DNA from: Octopus sinensis
Taxonomy: Eukaryota
Length of the DNA stretch: 64,000 nucleotides
NCBI RefSeq assembly: GCF_006345805.1
Contig: NC_043007.1
Coordinates: 74,152,001 to 74,216,000, forward strand
Direction of reading: 5' to 3'
This document shows positions 13,193 to 27,043 of the stretch, piece by piece. The number at the start of each line of letters is the position of its first letter. Position 1 is the first letter of the stretch. Under the pieces are notes generated by a model, which made no database searches, had not been told where the DNA came from, and saw only the letters and a program-made list of their open reading frames with translations. Both the position numbers and the translations under genes were made by a program.

Positions 13193-13597
13193 CCGCACCC
13201 CATTTCGTTATTTTTTAAATCTTTTTATTTTTTACAAAATCTCCCATTTTCGAGTACGGAGATACTGACTCTGCAAAAAAAAAAAAAAAAACAACGGCAT
13301 TTTAAAATTTTAATTTCTCCCATCCACCCCGAATTCTTCAATTTTCACTTTTTCAGGGTTTTTATTTTTTTACAATCATAATCTCCGTATTTTTTCTACG
13401 TATTTCGCAAAAAAGAAAAAAAAAATTCTGAAAAAAGTGAAAAATGAAGAATTTGGTGGGGTACAAGGGGGCAATAAAAATTTTAAAATGCCTGGGTTTT
13501 TTTGCAGAATCAGAATATCCGTACTCGAAAATGGGGGATTCTGTAAATAAATAGATAAATAAATAAATAAATGAATAAATAACGAAAGTGGGTGCGG
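13193..13597. mobile_element. Palindromic MITE-like element
   Basis: Termini CCGCACCCCATTTCGTTATTT and AAATAACGAAAGTGGGTGCGG, with internal inverted segments (e.g. cccattttcgagtacgga / tccgtactcgaaaatggg). No clear TSD. Confidence 0.7.
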
Positions 13598-14436
13598 TCC
13601 ACATACTTTACATCCGCCGACACCACATACCATCACATACCATCACATCCTCCAATACAATCACAGTAGTTACTACTCTTCATTGTACCAATCAACGAAT
13701 ATGCGGAAAATATTTCTTCCCAAATTGTGTTGAGTTGAAAACACACCAACAACACTGGGTGTGTATTTATAGCAATCCACTGCGAAAAATTACTTCAGAA
13801 GTCTTTTCCTCCACTCTACCCCCTCATCATTGTTTACAGCAATCAATAGAATCAATAATTTCCCGGGTTTTTTGTTTTTCTTTTTTTTTTTTATATCTAT
13901 GACTCGGATCTCATCTCGTGTCCAGTCCAATAACCCCAAATGCTAGTATCAATACTAAAACAGTAAGTACAGTGTGCGGTATTGATTTATGTTTATGCAG
14001 AGAATTTCGATTGCCGTCTTTCTTTTCGTTGTGGTGTAGTATTCCCGGGTAACGTGTTCTCTACTACACATATACAATTATTTCTCGTCAATCCCAAGTC
14101 GAAGATAGAGATATCCCAGCCATTGATGGAAAAGTCGCTGATTGGTTACTTTCATTTCATCATCAAGTGGTCACACTTATCTTGGGTCCAAACACCACCC
14201 GTTTTCTACTTTTAATCTTCGTTTACGGATTTTATTCACTGGACTGTAGTCATACTGGGTCCCACCGTCAACGATTTAATTCGATTTTATTGACTTCAGT
14301 GCTTGTTGCATCATTACATGATTATCTCAATTAAGGAAATGCGAAGTGAGCATTTGTGTAATTTATGATACTCTAATTGGACATTAATACAACGGTGCAT
14401 TACCATTCTATTACACCGGCTTTTCCCACATGTGTG

Positions 14437-14439
<3 letters not shown>

Positions 14440-14471
<32 letters not shown>

Positions 14472-16470
14472 CTTCCTCGTCAAGAACGGAGCTTGGGTGT
14501 CCAGTTTTTCCATAAACCTCACTATCTACTCATGGCTGAATGTTCCATAGATATGGCTACTATTTAATGATATGGATACTATTTAGCTAGAGGGAGTGCC
14601 ACGTGGGGCAGCTCTTCAGTTTGCCGCCCCTTCCTCGGTCCCCTAAACTTATAGAAGCTTACACAGTAGACCCTATACAGCTGCTCACATAAAAGCGTCG
14701 TCCGGGGCGGAAAAACAGATCTTAACAAATAATTCTTTAGATTATGGTTTAGTAAATTTCAGTCAAGTCAAGGAACTAGTTTTGTTATTACTAATACCAA
14801 ACACTCCCGTGTTTCTCGTTATTGCAATTGCTAGAGCTGTTAAACCGATCTGCTGACTAATAGCTACTATTTCAGTAAAATGCTGTGGGACTATACTTCA
14901 TAATACAGCAGAAAAACGTATGATGTTATCTCCCCTATCTATAAAACAAAAGGAAAATGAAAAAAAACATTTGTCCTACTTCGTAGTAGTCCATGCCCCA
15001 CTTGCGTATAAGAGCACAGTTAAGACGGTGTCACTGAAGAAACTAGCATGTAGGGTCTTGTCCAACTTTACTTTGAGATAATCTTTAATCGAGATAAACA
15101 CCTTCCATCCTGCCCTTATTCTCCGCGTGATTTCAGCGTCCATGTCTCGGCGCATATTCATTGTGTCCTTAAGTAGACATACTCCTTTACTGCCTTGATT
15201 TCATCGCTTCCTACCTTTATTCAGTCTTGTGTTACGTCTTTGGACCGCGTGTATTTTTTTTCCATGTGGTTCAATTTAAGGCATACTGCTGAGCCATGAG
15301 TGTCCAGCTCTGTCAGTATGGTCTGCAGCTGGTCTGTGGTTTCGATGATATGTATAATGTCATCTGCGAATAGAAGATGTGTTAGTAACTCGCCATTAAT
15401 GTGCATGCCATCTGTTCGATCAATGTTTCTGACGACCATTTCTAGACATGCGGTAAAGAACTTTGGAGAGATATCTTCTTGTTTGACGCCCTTCACTGCT
15501 GGGGCTCTTACTGGTGGTGACAGTAGATCTATAACTGTAGTACATCCAGAGTTCGCATCTCAGATCAGTTTGATGTATTGCGCCTTGACATCTTGCATTT
15601 CCATAGATTTCTCCACAGCATTCATCTTGACGCTATTGAAGGCCTTTTCGTAATCGATGAAAGCGATGCAAGAGGCAGCTTGTATTCATTCGCTTGCTCT
15701 ACAAGCTGTGTTAGACTGAATATGTGATCCATCCCACTGTAGTTCTTACTGAAACCTGCTTGTTTCCTCGGTTGCTGGTCATTGAGGTATTTAGATTGTC
15801 TAACTACGACCTTTGTAAATAGCTTATAGAGATGAGACAAAAACATATGAAGCGGGAGTCTTTTTTAAAAATCTTTTTTATCACCTTCTTATTTCTTTAT
15901 TGCCCACAAGGGCCTAAACATAGAGGGGACAAACAAGGACAGACAAACGGATTAAGTCGATTACATCGACTCCAGTGCGTAACTGGTACTTAATTTATCG
16001 ACCCCGAAAGGATGAAAGGCAAAGTCGACCTCGGCAGAATTTGAACTCAGAACGTAACGGCAGACGAAATACCGCTAAGCATTTCGCCCGACGTGCTAAC
16101 GATTCTGCCAGCTCGCCGCCTTTTTTATCACCTTCTTATGAACCAAAATGATAATCGACTCTTTCCGCAGTGAGGGCATTTTACCCTCCTTTAGATAGTG
16201 ATTGAAGTATAGAACGAGGATTTCCTCAGTTTTTAATTCTGCTCCTTAACATCTCTGTAATGCCATTTTCCCCCTGGAACTTTGTCCACGTTCATCAGCT
16301 TGAAGGCATTTTCAAATTCACAGACTAGTAATAGGTGGCACTTCTTCCAACATGTATGACGGAGGAGAATCGAGCTTTACTGCTGAGTTAAAAAAGTTGG
16401 TGCAGGTGTTGCATGCCTCTTCCAACATCCCTTTGTCTTTTAACACGAACCCGTCTTTGTTCTTAAGCTC
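14440..16470 (-). mobile_element. Decayed, 5'-truncated RTE-like LINE (reverse transcriptase region and 3' tail)
   Basis: Frame-shifted fragments VPPIT..ENAFKLM..KVPGENGIT, SHLYKLFTKV...QAGFSKNYS.MDHIF, GVKQED.SPKFF, LTHLLFADDI and EITRRIRAGWK. (CAT)n tail at about 14440-14468. Confidence 0.9.
15893..16120 (-). mobile_element. tRNA-headed SINE, family C, nested in the LINE
   Basis: 19-bp TSD TTTTTTATCACCTTCTTAT at 15874-15892 and 16121-16139. Family body tttcatcctttcggggtcgataaattaagtaccag. Confidence 0.9.
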
Positions 16471-16589
16471 CATCACTTTGATCTATAGAGTGCCAACCTA
16501 TAGTTGTTCCTTTTAGACTTTTCCTTTCCCCAAAAACCCATTTCGAAGAAGTTACTCTGGGTGATATACGAAGTTGCTTAATATATTTA

Positions 16590-16985
16590 ATTCTTTATTG
16601 CCCACAGGGGAGCTAAACATAGAGAGGACAGACAAAGGGATTAAGTCGATTACATCGACCCCAGTGCGTAACTGGTACTTAATTTATCGACCCCGAAAGG
16701 ATGAAAGGCAAAGTCGACCTCGGCGGAATTTGAACTCAGAACGTAGTAGCAGACGGAATACTTATTTCTTTACTACCCACAAGGGGCTAGACACAGAGAG
16801 GACAAACAAGGACAGACAAAGGGATTAAGTCGATTATATCGACCCCAGTGTGTAACTGGTACTTATTTAATTGACCCCGAAAGGATGAAAAGCAAAGTCG
16901 ACCTCGGCGGAATTTGAACTCAGAACGTAGAGGCAGACGGAATACCACTAAGCATTTCGCACGGCGTGCTAACGATCCTGCCAAA
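16590..16985 (-). mobile_element. Dimeric family-C SINE, second locus
   Basis: Same inter-monomer junction (GA/GGAATAC[C/T]TATTTCTTTACTACC[A/C]ACAAGGGGCTA) as at about 9620-9660. Confidence 0.8.
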
Positions 16986-17256
16986 TCCAGTTATATCTAC
17001 TTCTTCACTCCGAGTTGCCGATTGTCAAGCCTTAAGTGACATATGTAAAGATTTCGGTTATCTTTCGAACGGTGTACGTATAAGATGGCGGACATAGCGA
17101 AATAAACTTTATTGATTTGAAGTGAAAGGTAAACAAATGATCGCCAGTAGTCGGCGATGAGGACGATAGTCATCCAGCTCTTTACGTTCTAAACTTAAAT
17201 CCCGTTGGTGTCAACTGTGCCTTTCATTTTTTCAAGGTCCATAAAATAAAATACCA

Positions 17257-17625
17257 GGCGCAGGAGTGGCTGTGTGGTAAGCAGCTTGCTTACCAACCAC
17301 ATGGTTCTGGGTTCAGTCCCACTGCGTGGTACCTTGGACAAGTGTCTGCTACTATAGCCTCGGACCGACCAAATCTTTGTGAGTGGATTTGGTAGATGGA
17401 AAGTGAAAGAAGCCCATCGTATATATGTATATATATGTGTTTGTCCTCCTAATATCGCTTGACAACCGATGGTCGTGTGTTTATGTCCCAGCAAAAGAGA
17501 CCGATAGAATAAGTACTAGGCTTACAAAAAATAAGTCCTGGTATCGATTTGCTTGACTAAGGGCGGTGCTCCAGCATGGCCACAGTCGAATGACTGAAAC
17601 AAGTAAAAGAGTAAAGAGTAAAAGA
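17257..17625 (+). mobile_element. Family-A SINE (further copies at about 15-430, 18450-18828, 21822-22105, 22425-22830, 27786-28190, 32105-32560, 37033-37442, 39095-39562, 41960-42290, 48096-48505, 58893-59340)
   Basis: tRNA-like A/B boxes (TGGCTGTGTGG and GGTTCAGTCCC), a CORE-like ttgggcaagtgtctt segment, an internal microsatellite and a (TAAAAGAG)n tail. Confidence 0.9.
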
Positions 17626-18055
17626 GATTCAAATACTAGGGTCAACGTAATCGACTTGCCCCTCCTCTCAAAATTGTTGGCCTTGAATCCTGCAATGAAC
17701 CAGGGTCTCGTTCAGGGGATTGTTGTGCTCATTGTGACAACGGGGTAACAGGCACTCTGAGTTTAAGAATTCGGAGAAAATATATATGAAATAAAGAAAA
17801 ACTGAGATGCGTAAATTTTCCTAATAGACAATAACTTAATTACTTTCAGCAGCTTTTTAATTAGAAATAAATGACATTAATTCTATATTACACAATATTG
17901 GATATATAATTAATATAAACAAACTTAAATTAATTTAAAGTTAGGCTTGTCCAAAACTATCAGGATTGTTATGAGCTAAGACAGCCATAAACTGTTGATG
18001 ACGTAAATAACACACGCACACACATACACGCACGCACATACACACACATACATAC

Positions 18056-18095
<40 letters not shown>

Positions 18096-18839
18096 TGGTG
18101 TGTGTTTTGGTATTCTGTTATCTACTGTGTTTGGTTAGAGTGCTGCAATCGTACATCCTAAGAGGGAACCCATGGCCACCACATCTATTTTCTTGTGGGC
18201 AGCGAAATGGCACTTCAGTTGGAGTGGCCATGGGATTCCCCTTTGTTTCCTCTTGTGGTATTCTAACTATACATAATAGAAAACAGGATAATGCCAAAGC
18301 ATAAAGACTTGAAATATACATACATATGTGTGTGTGGATATATGTATGTATATATGTACAGTTACGTATATGTGTGTGTGTGTGTACATGTGTATGTTTG
18401 TGAAGATATATATAAGCGTGTGTGTGTATGTTTGTGTGTGTGTATGTTTGGCTGTGTGGTAAGTAGCTTGCTTACCAACCACATAGTTTCGGGTTCATTC
18501 CCACTGCGTGGCACCTTGGGCAAGTGTCTTCTTCTATAGCCTCGGGCCGACCAAAGTCTTGTGAGTGGATTTGGTAGACGGAAACTGAAAGAAGCCCGTC
18601 GTATATATGTATGTTTGTGTATATGTTTTTGTGTCTGTGTTTGCACCCCACCCCAACATCGCTTGACAACCAATGCTGGTGTGTTTACGTCCCAGTAACT
18701 TAGAGGTTCGGCAAAAGAGACCGGTAGAATAAGTACTAGGCTTACAAAGAATAAGTCCTGGGGTCGATTTGCTCGACTAAAGGCGGTGTTCCATCATGGC
18801 CAGAGTCAAATGTAAAAGAGTAAAGAGTATATATATATA

Positions 18840-19028
18840 TATTCTGTTGTGTCTGGAGAGAGTCATTTTCTTTTTGTGCCTTATGATTTAACACACTCAT
18901 CAGTAAAATTTCCACTTATTTCTTATTTTTATTCTCCTAAAATTTTCGTTGTATATGTATGTTACCGGTGAGTGTGTTAAATCATAAGGCACAACAGAAA
19001 AATGACTCTCCCCAGACACAACAGAATA
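18840..19028. repeat. Inverted repeat with ~66-bp arms in (TA)n
   Basis: tattctgttgtgtctgg...ttatgatttaacacactca versus tgagtgtgttaaatcataagg...ccagacacaacagaata. Confidence 0.9.
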
Positions 19029-19381
19029 TGCTTCAACACACGAACTCATATAAAGAATCTTGCAGACCAAATCCAAAAACGATATATATATATATATATA
19101 TATATAACATCCACCCTTAGTGGTTAGCCATATTTAGATGGCAAATATACTTTACATTGTCGTGCAGTTACTGTCTATACCTCGTTCAGAGATTTATTAT
19201 TGCTTATATATATATATATATATATATATATAGATAGATAGATAGATAGATATAGATACATATACATACATACATACATACAATACATACATACATACAT
19301 ACATGCATACATACATACATACATACATACATACATACATTACATGCATACATTACATACATACATACATACACACATACA

Positions 19382-19416
<35 letters not shown>

Positions 19417-19909
19417 GGCACATACATATTTTTCAAAGACAAGAGGACTAAATTATGTAAAATAGCTTTCATTCTTTTTCCTAAGACGTTAGGGCTTACG
19501 TTATAAACATCTTGGCTGTTATTTCTACCAGGTCGAATGACTTACACAGAGGCACTATCATCGGCGTGCTGTTGTTGTTGCTGTTCCCGTCGTCATTGTC
19601 GCGATATCCTGCCATGATGCCGCATCGCTACGATTTCTAATAAGAGGTTTCTTTGATTAGTCTAGTCAATAATCAATTACCTACTAGTGCCAGTTGTTGG
19701 TGATGGTACTGGAATCGGTTTAGGAAATGGGAAGTAGAAGAACCTTCCTAAAGTAGTCTCCAAAATAGTTTCGTCTACTGCAGCACCATACAATGTGCCG
19801 ATGAGGGTAGGCGCGGGTGGATGTGTTTGTTCTGGCTTAATTCTTCAATTTCTCCCAGCCCAGGAAAAAAAGGTTCTTTCATTGGAGTTTAGACATCAAT
19901 TAAGTAATC

Positions 19910-21100
19910 ATTTGTGTCTGTGTATGTGTGTGTGAATGTAGATGTGTATGTGCGTGTGTGTGAATGTAGCTGTGTGTGTGCGTGTGAATGTAGATGTGTG
20001 TGTGTGTGTGTGAATGTAGATGTGTGGTGTGTGTGTGTGTGTGAATGTAGATGTGTATGTGCGTGTGTGTGAATGTAGCTGTGTGTGTGCGTGTGAATGT
20101 AGATGTGTGTGTGTGTGAATGTAGATGTGTGTGTGCGTGTGATTGTAGCTGTGTGTGTGCGTGAGAATGTAGAGGCGTGTGTAAGAATGTAGATGTGTGT
20201 GTGAATGTAGATGTGTATGTGCGTGTGTGTGAATGTAGCTGTGTGTGTGCGTGTGAATGTAGATGTGTGTGTGTGTGTGAATGTACATGTGTGTGTGTGT
20301 GTGCGTGTGATTGTAGATGTGTGTGTGCGTGAGAATGTAGAGGCGTGTGTAAGAATGTAGATGTGTGTGTGATGTAGATGTGTTTGTGATGTGTATGTGT
20401 GTGTTTAATGTAGATATATGTATATGAATGTAGATGTGTGTGTACGTATGTGTGTATGATTTAGATGTGTGTGTGTGTGTGTGACTATAGCTGTGTGTGT
20501 GTGTGTGTGACTGTAGATATGTGTCTGTGAATGTAGATGTGTGTGTGCGTATGAATGTAGATGTGTGTGTGGGGGAGGGGGATGAACGTAGACTTGTATG
20601 TGTGTATGTGAACGCAGAAGTGTGTGCGTGTGTGAATGCGAATGTAGATGTGTGTATGAATGTAGATGCTTATGTGAATATAGATGTGTGCGTGTGTCAT
20701 TTGTGTGCATGTTGTGTGTGTCTGTGTATGTATGTAAGTATGTATGTCGTGTGTATATATCATGTATGTGTGTGTATGTCATGTGTGCATGTAGGTTGTG
20801 TGTGCCGTGTATATCGTGTGTCGTGTATGTATGTCGTTTGTGAGTGTGTGTATGTGTGTGTACCGTGTGTGTACGTCGTGTATGTATGTCGCGCGTGTGT
20901 GCATGTATGCCGTTTGTGTGTGTGTGTATGTATGTATGTCGTGTGTGTCTGTATGTATGTCGTGTGTGTCTGTATATCGTGTGCATATATGTTGCCTGTG
21001 TGTATGCCATGTGTGTATGTAAGGCTATATGTATAGATGTATTTTGGCATGCTTATGTGTGTTTGTAGGTATGCATGTATGCCATTGTATGTATGAATTT
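19910..21100. repeat. Complex minisatellite: (TG)n punctuated by GAATGTAGAT, with higher-order repeats
   Basis: Dozens of 'gtgtgaatgtagatgtgt' units and repeated blocks such as 'gcgtgagaatgtagaggcgtgtgtaagaatgtagatg' (about 20160 and 20330). Confidence 0.9.
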
Positions 21101-21102
21101 GT

Positions 21103-21605
21103 TGTGTTGTGACCCACTTCGCTCATGAATGACCATGGGTTTGCACCTAGAAAATTACCCTCCGAGGCACAAGTCTGGGCAAGGTTGTTTATGGAAGGCC
21201 AGTAGTCGCCCATGCATACTGGCCTCCCTTCTCCATGCCACTGATGTTATCCAAGGGAAAGGCAAAGGCCGATACAGCTTGGCACCAGTGACGTCGCAGC
21301 TCATTTATTAACGTGCAAGTGGCTGAGCACTCCACAGACACGTGTACCCTTAACGTAGTTCTCGGGGAGATTCAGCGTGACACAAAGTGTGACAAGGCTG
21401 GCCCTTTGAAATACAGGTACAACAGAAACAGGAAGAAATAGCGAAGGTCGTGGTGAAAGAGTACAGCAGGGTTCGCTACCACCCCTACTAGATCCTCGTG
21501 GGGCTTTAGATGTTTTCGCTCAATAATGCCCGGTCTGGGAATCGAAACCGCAATCCTACGACCGCGAAATCCACCGCCGTAACCACTGGGCCATTGTGCC
21601 TCCAC
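21103..21605 (-). mobile_element. Same D/B chimeric SINE, second insertion
   Basis: Identical junction and 12-bp TSD GTATGAATTTGT (21091-21102 and 21606-21617). Confidence 0.85.
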
Positions 21606-21962
21606 GTATGAATTTGTATGCTTTTATTTTATGTTAGAACAGTGCTATTTAAAGTGATGGTCCGCGGAACGGTGCTAGTCCGCGAGTCATCAGCTGCCGG
21701 TACGCGGCCAGTGTCCAGAAAAGAAAGAAACATTATAAAATGCTTATAAAATGTTTACGTAATATTGTATTATTTGTTTATAAAATAAATATAAGATTTA
21801 AAAAATTGTCAACTTTTATTATACTCATTTACTTGTTTCAGTCATTTGACTGCGGCCATGCTGGAGCACCGCCTTTAGTCGAGCAAATCGACCCCAGGAC
21901 TTATTCTTTGTAAGCCCAGTACTTATTCTATCGGCCTCTTTTGTCAAGCGATGTTGTGGGGA

Positions 21963-22045
<83 letters not shown>

Positions 22046-24169
22046 ATACATAACGGGCTTCTTTCAGTTTCCGTCTAACAAATCCTCTCACAAAGCTTTG
22101 CTTGGCCCTATCAGTAATGATCAAGGCCCTTCCAACCCCTCTCTGTCACATTCTTTATAAATAGAAAATAAATTACTGCGGTTAATTACCCTAGATAAAT
22201 CATTATCTCTAATATATTTTTAGATGATGTAAAGAGGTTTAGAGGTGCTGGAGGAAACATATTCAACTTTGCTATAGGTGTAAGTATGGTTGTGTGGTAA
22301 AGATGCTTGCTTTGCAACCCCATGCTTTTGGGGTTCAATTCCACTGTATGGCAGCTTGGGCAAATTCTTTTACTATAGCCCCAAGCCAATGAAATGACTT
22401 GTGAGTGAATTTGGTAGATGGAATCTATACTCTTTTACTTGTTTCAGTCATTTGACTGTGGCCATGCTGGAGCACCGCTTTTAGTCGAGCAAATCGACCC
22501 AAGACTTAATCTTTGTAAGCCTAGTACTTATTCTATCGGTCCCTTTTGCCGAACCGCTATGTTACGGGGACGAAAACACACCAGCATCGGTTGTCAAGTA
22601 ATGTTGGGAGGACAAACACAGACACACAAATATATACACACACACATACATATATATATACATATATACGACGGGCTTCTTTCAGTTTCCGTCTACCAAA
22701 TCCACTCACAAGGCTTTGGTTGGCCCAAGGTTATAGTAGAAGACACTTGCCCAAGGTGCCACGCAGTCGGACTGAACCCGGAACCATGTGGTTGGTAAGC
22801 AAGCTACTTACCACACAGTCATTCCTATGCCTGTAGAAGCTTGTTTCATATATACGTATGTGTATGTGTATGCACGCACCTCACCACCACCACTACCACC
22901 ACTTCACAACAGGTGTTGGTTTGTTTATGTTCTCATAACTTTGGTGCAACAAAAGAGCCTGATAGAATAAGCACCAGACTAAACAAAAAAAAAAAACAAA
23001 AAAAAAGACATCAAAGCGGTGCCTCAGCATGGCTGCTACCCAATGACTGAAACAAGTATCAGATAAAAGATTATTCTAGAAACCCAATAAAGTACAAATT
23101 GCGACTTTGCGGTCGGAAGAGCCCGACATTCTTCCTACGGAATATAATCCAAAAAACCGTCTCAGAGCACGTCTACAAACACATTCTTGTATCAAGTTAA
23201 GTTCTTTATTTGCTCCAAATTGTATTTTGTAAACATAAAGTGTATCATATGTTCTCTTGGTTTTATAACATATGTAGAAATATCAGACGTTCTGGCTGCC
23301 TAAGAGCCACAAGGATATACAATATAATACATTATATTATATCTCACAATACAAAAAGAATTAAATAGAAAAATCGCCAGGTAATCTTTTATTTATTAAT
23401 TTTTTTTTTTGTTTCAGTCATTTGACTGCGGTCATGCTGGGGTATCGTCTTGAAGGGTTTTAGGCGAACAAAAACGACGCCAGGACTTACTTTTTTAAGC
23501 CTTGTATTTATTCTATCGGTTACTCTGGTCGAACTGCTAAGTTACGAGGACGTAAACACACCAGCACCGGTCGTCAAGCAAGTGGTGGTGGTGAGGGACA
23601 AACACTGACACACACACACACACACACACACACCACACACACGTACACACACACACACATCATTGTATCTCGGTATTGACCAGACAATCAGATGTTGTTA
23701 TACATCGCTGATCACAATGCGCTTCACATTGTTTTAGCTTTCGAATGATGCCACCCCACCGGCTAGGCTAACGGGCCAACATTCCCCCTTGTGCAGAAGG
23801 CTAGACGGTCACAGGTTTACCCATTTACTGCTGAGTGGAATGGTGCAACGTGAAATGAAGTGTTTTATTCAAGAACACAACGCGCCACCCTGTTTGGATA
23901 TTGAAACCTCGACTTAGAAATCGTGAGTGCAACACACTAACCCCTAGGTTATATATACCCATCAACCAAATCAATTCACAAAGCTTTTGCCAACCTAGGG
24001 CTACAGTAGAAGACACTTACCCTAGGCGCCTCACCATGAGACTGAACCTGAAACCAGATGGTTCAAAGTGAGATATTCTGAACCACACACACACACACAC
24101 ACACAAGCATGTGTGTGAAAATAATTGAGAGAGAGGAGAGAAATAGATATCTCTAAGCATCTTAATATA

Positions 24170-24661
24170 CCGTAAATCCTCGAGTATAATCCGCATCTTT
24201 TCCCCAAAATTTAACGGTCACAGTCCCTAGTGCGTACTATAAGCAATGTCTGAGTCTCTATTTGCTGTCCGGCAATGTTTATTCAGACGCATTTTGTGAT
24301 GTCGGGCGCGAAAATATCTTAAGCTAAGCCTGAAAGCAATGAAGTCATAAAAGAATCATCCATAACTTGCAGTAAGCAACATTTATTAAAATAAAAGTAT
24401 TCAGAACATAGAATAACATGTAACAAAAACAAGTTGCAAACATATTTACATTCCCATATAACAGTTAAGAACATCACCATTATTGTATTAGGCATGCGCG
24501 GAAGTGTTTGTTCGACTAGGTACTGCTGGCTTAATTACAAACGACTCAAGTTAGAGAAGGGGTGCGTATTATACATAAGGTTTAGGTTTTTCAGAGGTAC
24601 AGCCCCCTAAAAATTCCCTGCGTATGATACTCAAGGGCGGACTATACTCGAGGATTTACAA
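24170..24661. mobile_element. Non-autonomous TA-TSD (Tc1/pogo-type) DNA transposon; an end fragment also lies at about 63225-63307
   Basis: TA|CCGTAAATCCTCGAGTATA ... TATACTCGAGGATTTACAA|TA. Confidence 0.8.
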
Positions 24662-25512
24662 TATAGTTTCATCTAACAGAATCACAACATTTTACTACCA
24701 GTGTGCATTTAGTGGTTTATCATATTTTCATATCCTTCAAAACTACACCCAAGTCATTCGAGTGAGAGGGTAAGTCTTGATTTACAAATACTTGGTGACC
24801 TGACTAGTGGTAGTGCTGGTGGTGCTATGAAAACAGAAAAAAAAGCACCTAATACAGTCTGTAAAGTTGTTGGTGTTAAAAAAGACATCGAGCTGTAGAA
24901 ACCCGGCCAAAGCAGACATTGGAGCAGCCCTCTAGCCCTTCAGTTCCACCCAAACCATCCAACCTATACCAGCATGAAAAGAAAAGAAGAAAAACCAGAT
25001 GTTAAATTATGACGACAAAATTACACTATTTGCCTGTCTCTTTCTACCCATTTTATTGTAGATTTTTCAATTCTGATAGCTATATACTTTACCAATAAAT
25101 CAGGCACCAATTATTTCTAATTTTCTATGCACCAAAATTGAATTCAGCTATGAACTATCGATCTGCTGTAGATTCAGATTTGGGGACTGTAGATGAAAAT
25201 AATATCGTGATTTTATGATGTGGGAGATATTTTTGAAGACTTTTTAGTAGAAGGAATAAGATTTATCGTCGTGTTGGGAAATTGCCAATCTAGTATGAGT
25301 AACTGATAAAGGGGAAATTTTAGTGAAATTTCTTTCCTCTGATATTATGTAGTGGACTTTGTTGTATGAAGTTTGCTTCTCAATTACTTGGTTGCAAATT
25401 CAGTTCCTTTTGCACAGCACCTTGAGCAGGTATCTTTGATTACAAAGCCTTGTAGTGGTGGTGGTGATGGTGGTGGTGGTGGTGATTTAGTAGATAGAAA
25501 CTGAAAGAAGTC

Positions 25513-25555
<43 letters not shown>

Positions 25556-25957
25556 AATTGAGATAGGGGTTGTAAATGCAACCCTCCATGGGATAAGATA
25601 TATCCAATATACTGCTAGTGAAGTACCCAACAAAGTTATTACATAAATGTTAATGATTGCGATGCAGTCAATTCATTTACTGTATTATATGGGCAAAGGT
25701 AAAATGATTTACCACAAATTACTAATACAAGATAAGAAAATGGAGAAATACATCTAAATCAATTACCAGATAATACTCAATCACATACATTATTAAACCA
25801 CCACATAAGAGACTGTAGGGTTAAATATAAAAAGCAGAACAAATCAGTGTACATAAAGGAATGTACATAAAAAAGTGTACATAAAAGAGTAATGTTGTAT
25901 AATAAGTAGAATATATATAAAAGAGAATATAAATATAAGTAAATATAAATATAAGTA

Positions 25958-26100
25958 TAGATTACATCTTACAGCTGTTTCGGCCATGTAGATAAGTATG
26001 TCTCATTTTACCAATATTAGCCCTTTACGGTAGTTCAATATATAGATATAAATGAGACATTTACAAAAATATCATAAGGCCTCTTCGGAGATTATGTTAT
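25958..26100 (-). ncRNA. Degenerate type I hammerhead-ribozyme fold (long stem II)
   Basis: Minus strand: ATCT-CCGAAGA-GGCC...ATGTCTCATTT...AAATGAGACAT...GGCC-GAAAC-AGCT-GTA-AGAT. The core has a U4C change. Confidence 0.5.
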
Positions 26101-26250
26101 ATAAATTAGTCTACATATATACCCACATGGGTGTGGGTGCATACCCATAATACAACATATACATATATATATGAGTGCATATACTCACACTCTTATACAT
26201 ATAAAGATATACAAATATATAAATATCTTATCTTGTATATATATATCTTG

Positions 26251-26318
<68 letters not shown>

Positions 26319-26610
26319 TATATATAACAGCACGGATGCAGCACGGATTTTGTCATTGAACAGGTCGAGGTCTCAATATTTTGGCAAAATAAATTTGAAT
26401 GTTGAAGTGAATCTAACGGTTTTTGTGTTTCTTAAATGGCTTATAAACACCTTCCACGCTGTAATTGTTTTCGTTCTAGCACACGATCTCAGATCAGGTC
26501 ACTTGCTATGCAAGTACATCTCCGTAATATATAATATATATATATTTATATAGGATGGGCTTCTTCCGGTTTCTATCTACTAAATCCTCTCACAAGGCTT
26601 TGTGTATATA

Positions 26611-26649
<39 letters not shown>

Positions 26650-26986
26650 GGCGCATAGGCTCAGTGGTTAGAGCGTCGAGCTTACGATCGTGAGGTTGTG
26701 AGCTCGAATCCCCGACCGGGCTGCGTGTTGTGTTCTTGAGCAAGGCACTTTATTTCACGTTGCTCCAGTTCACTCAGCTGTAGAAATGAGTTGCGACGTC
26801 ACTGGTGCCAAGCTGTATCGACCTTTGTCTTTCCCTTGGATAACACTGGTGGCGTGGAGAGGGGAGGCTAGTATGCATGGGCGACTGCTGGTCTTCCATA
26901 AAAAACAACCTTGCCCGGACTTGTGTCTAGGAGGGTAACTTTCTAGGTGCAACCCATGGTCATTCATGACCGAAGGGGGTCTTTAC

Positions 26987-27043
<57 letters not shown>

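Noticed and set aside
19690-19800. Minus-strand FFYFPFPKP, reminiscent of THAP-like transposon domains
   Set aside because: It is too short, and frame-shifts are needed to recover the Cys motif.
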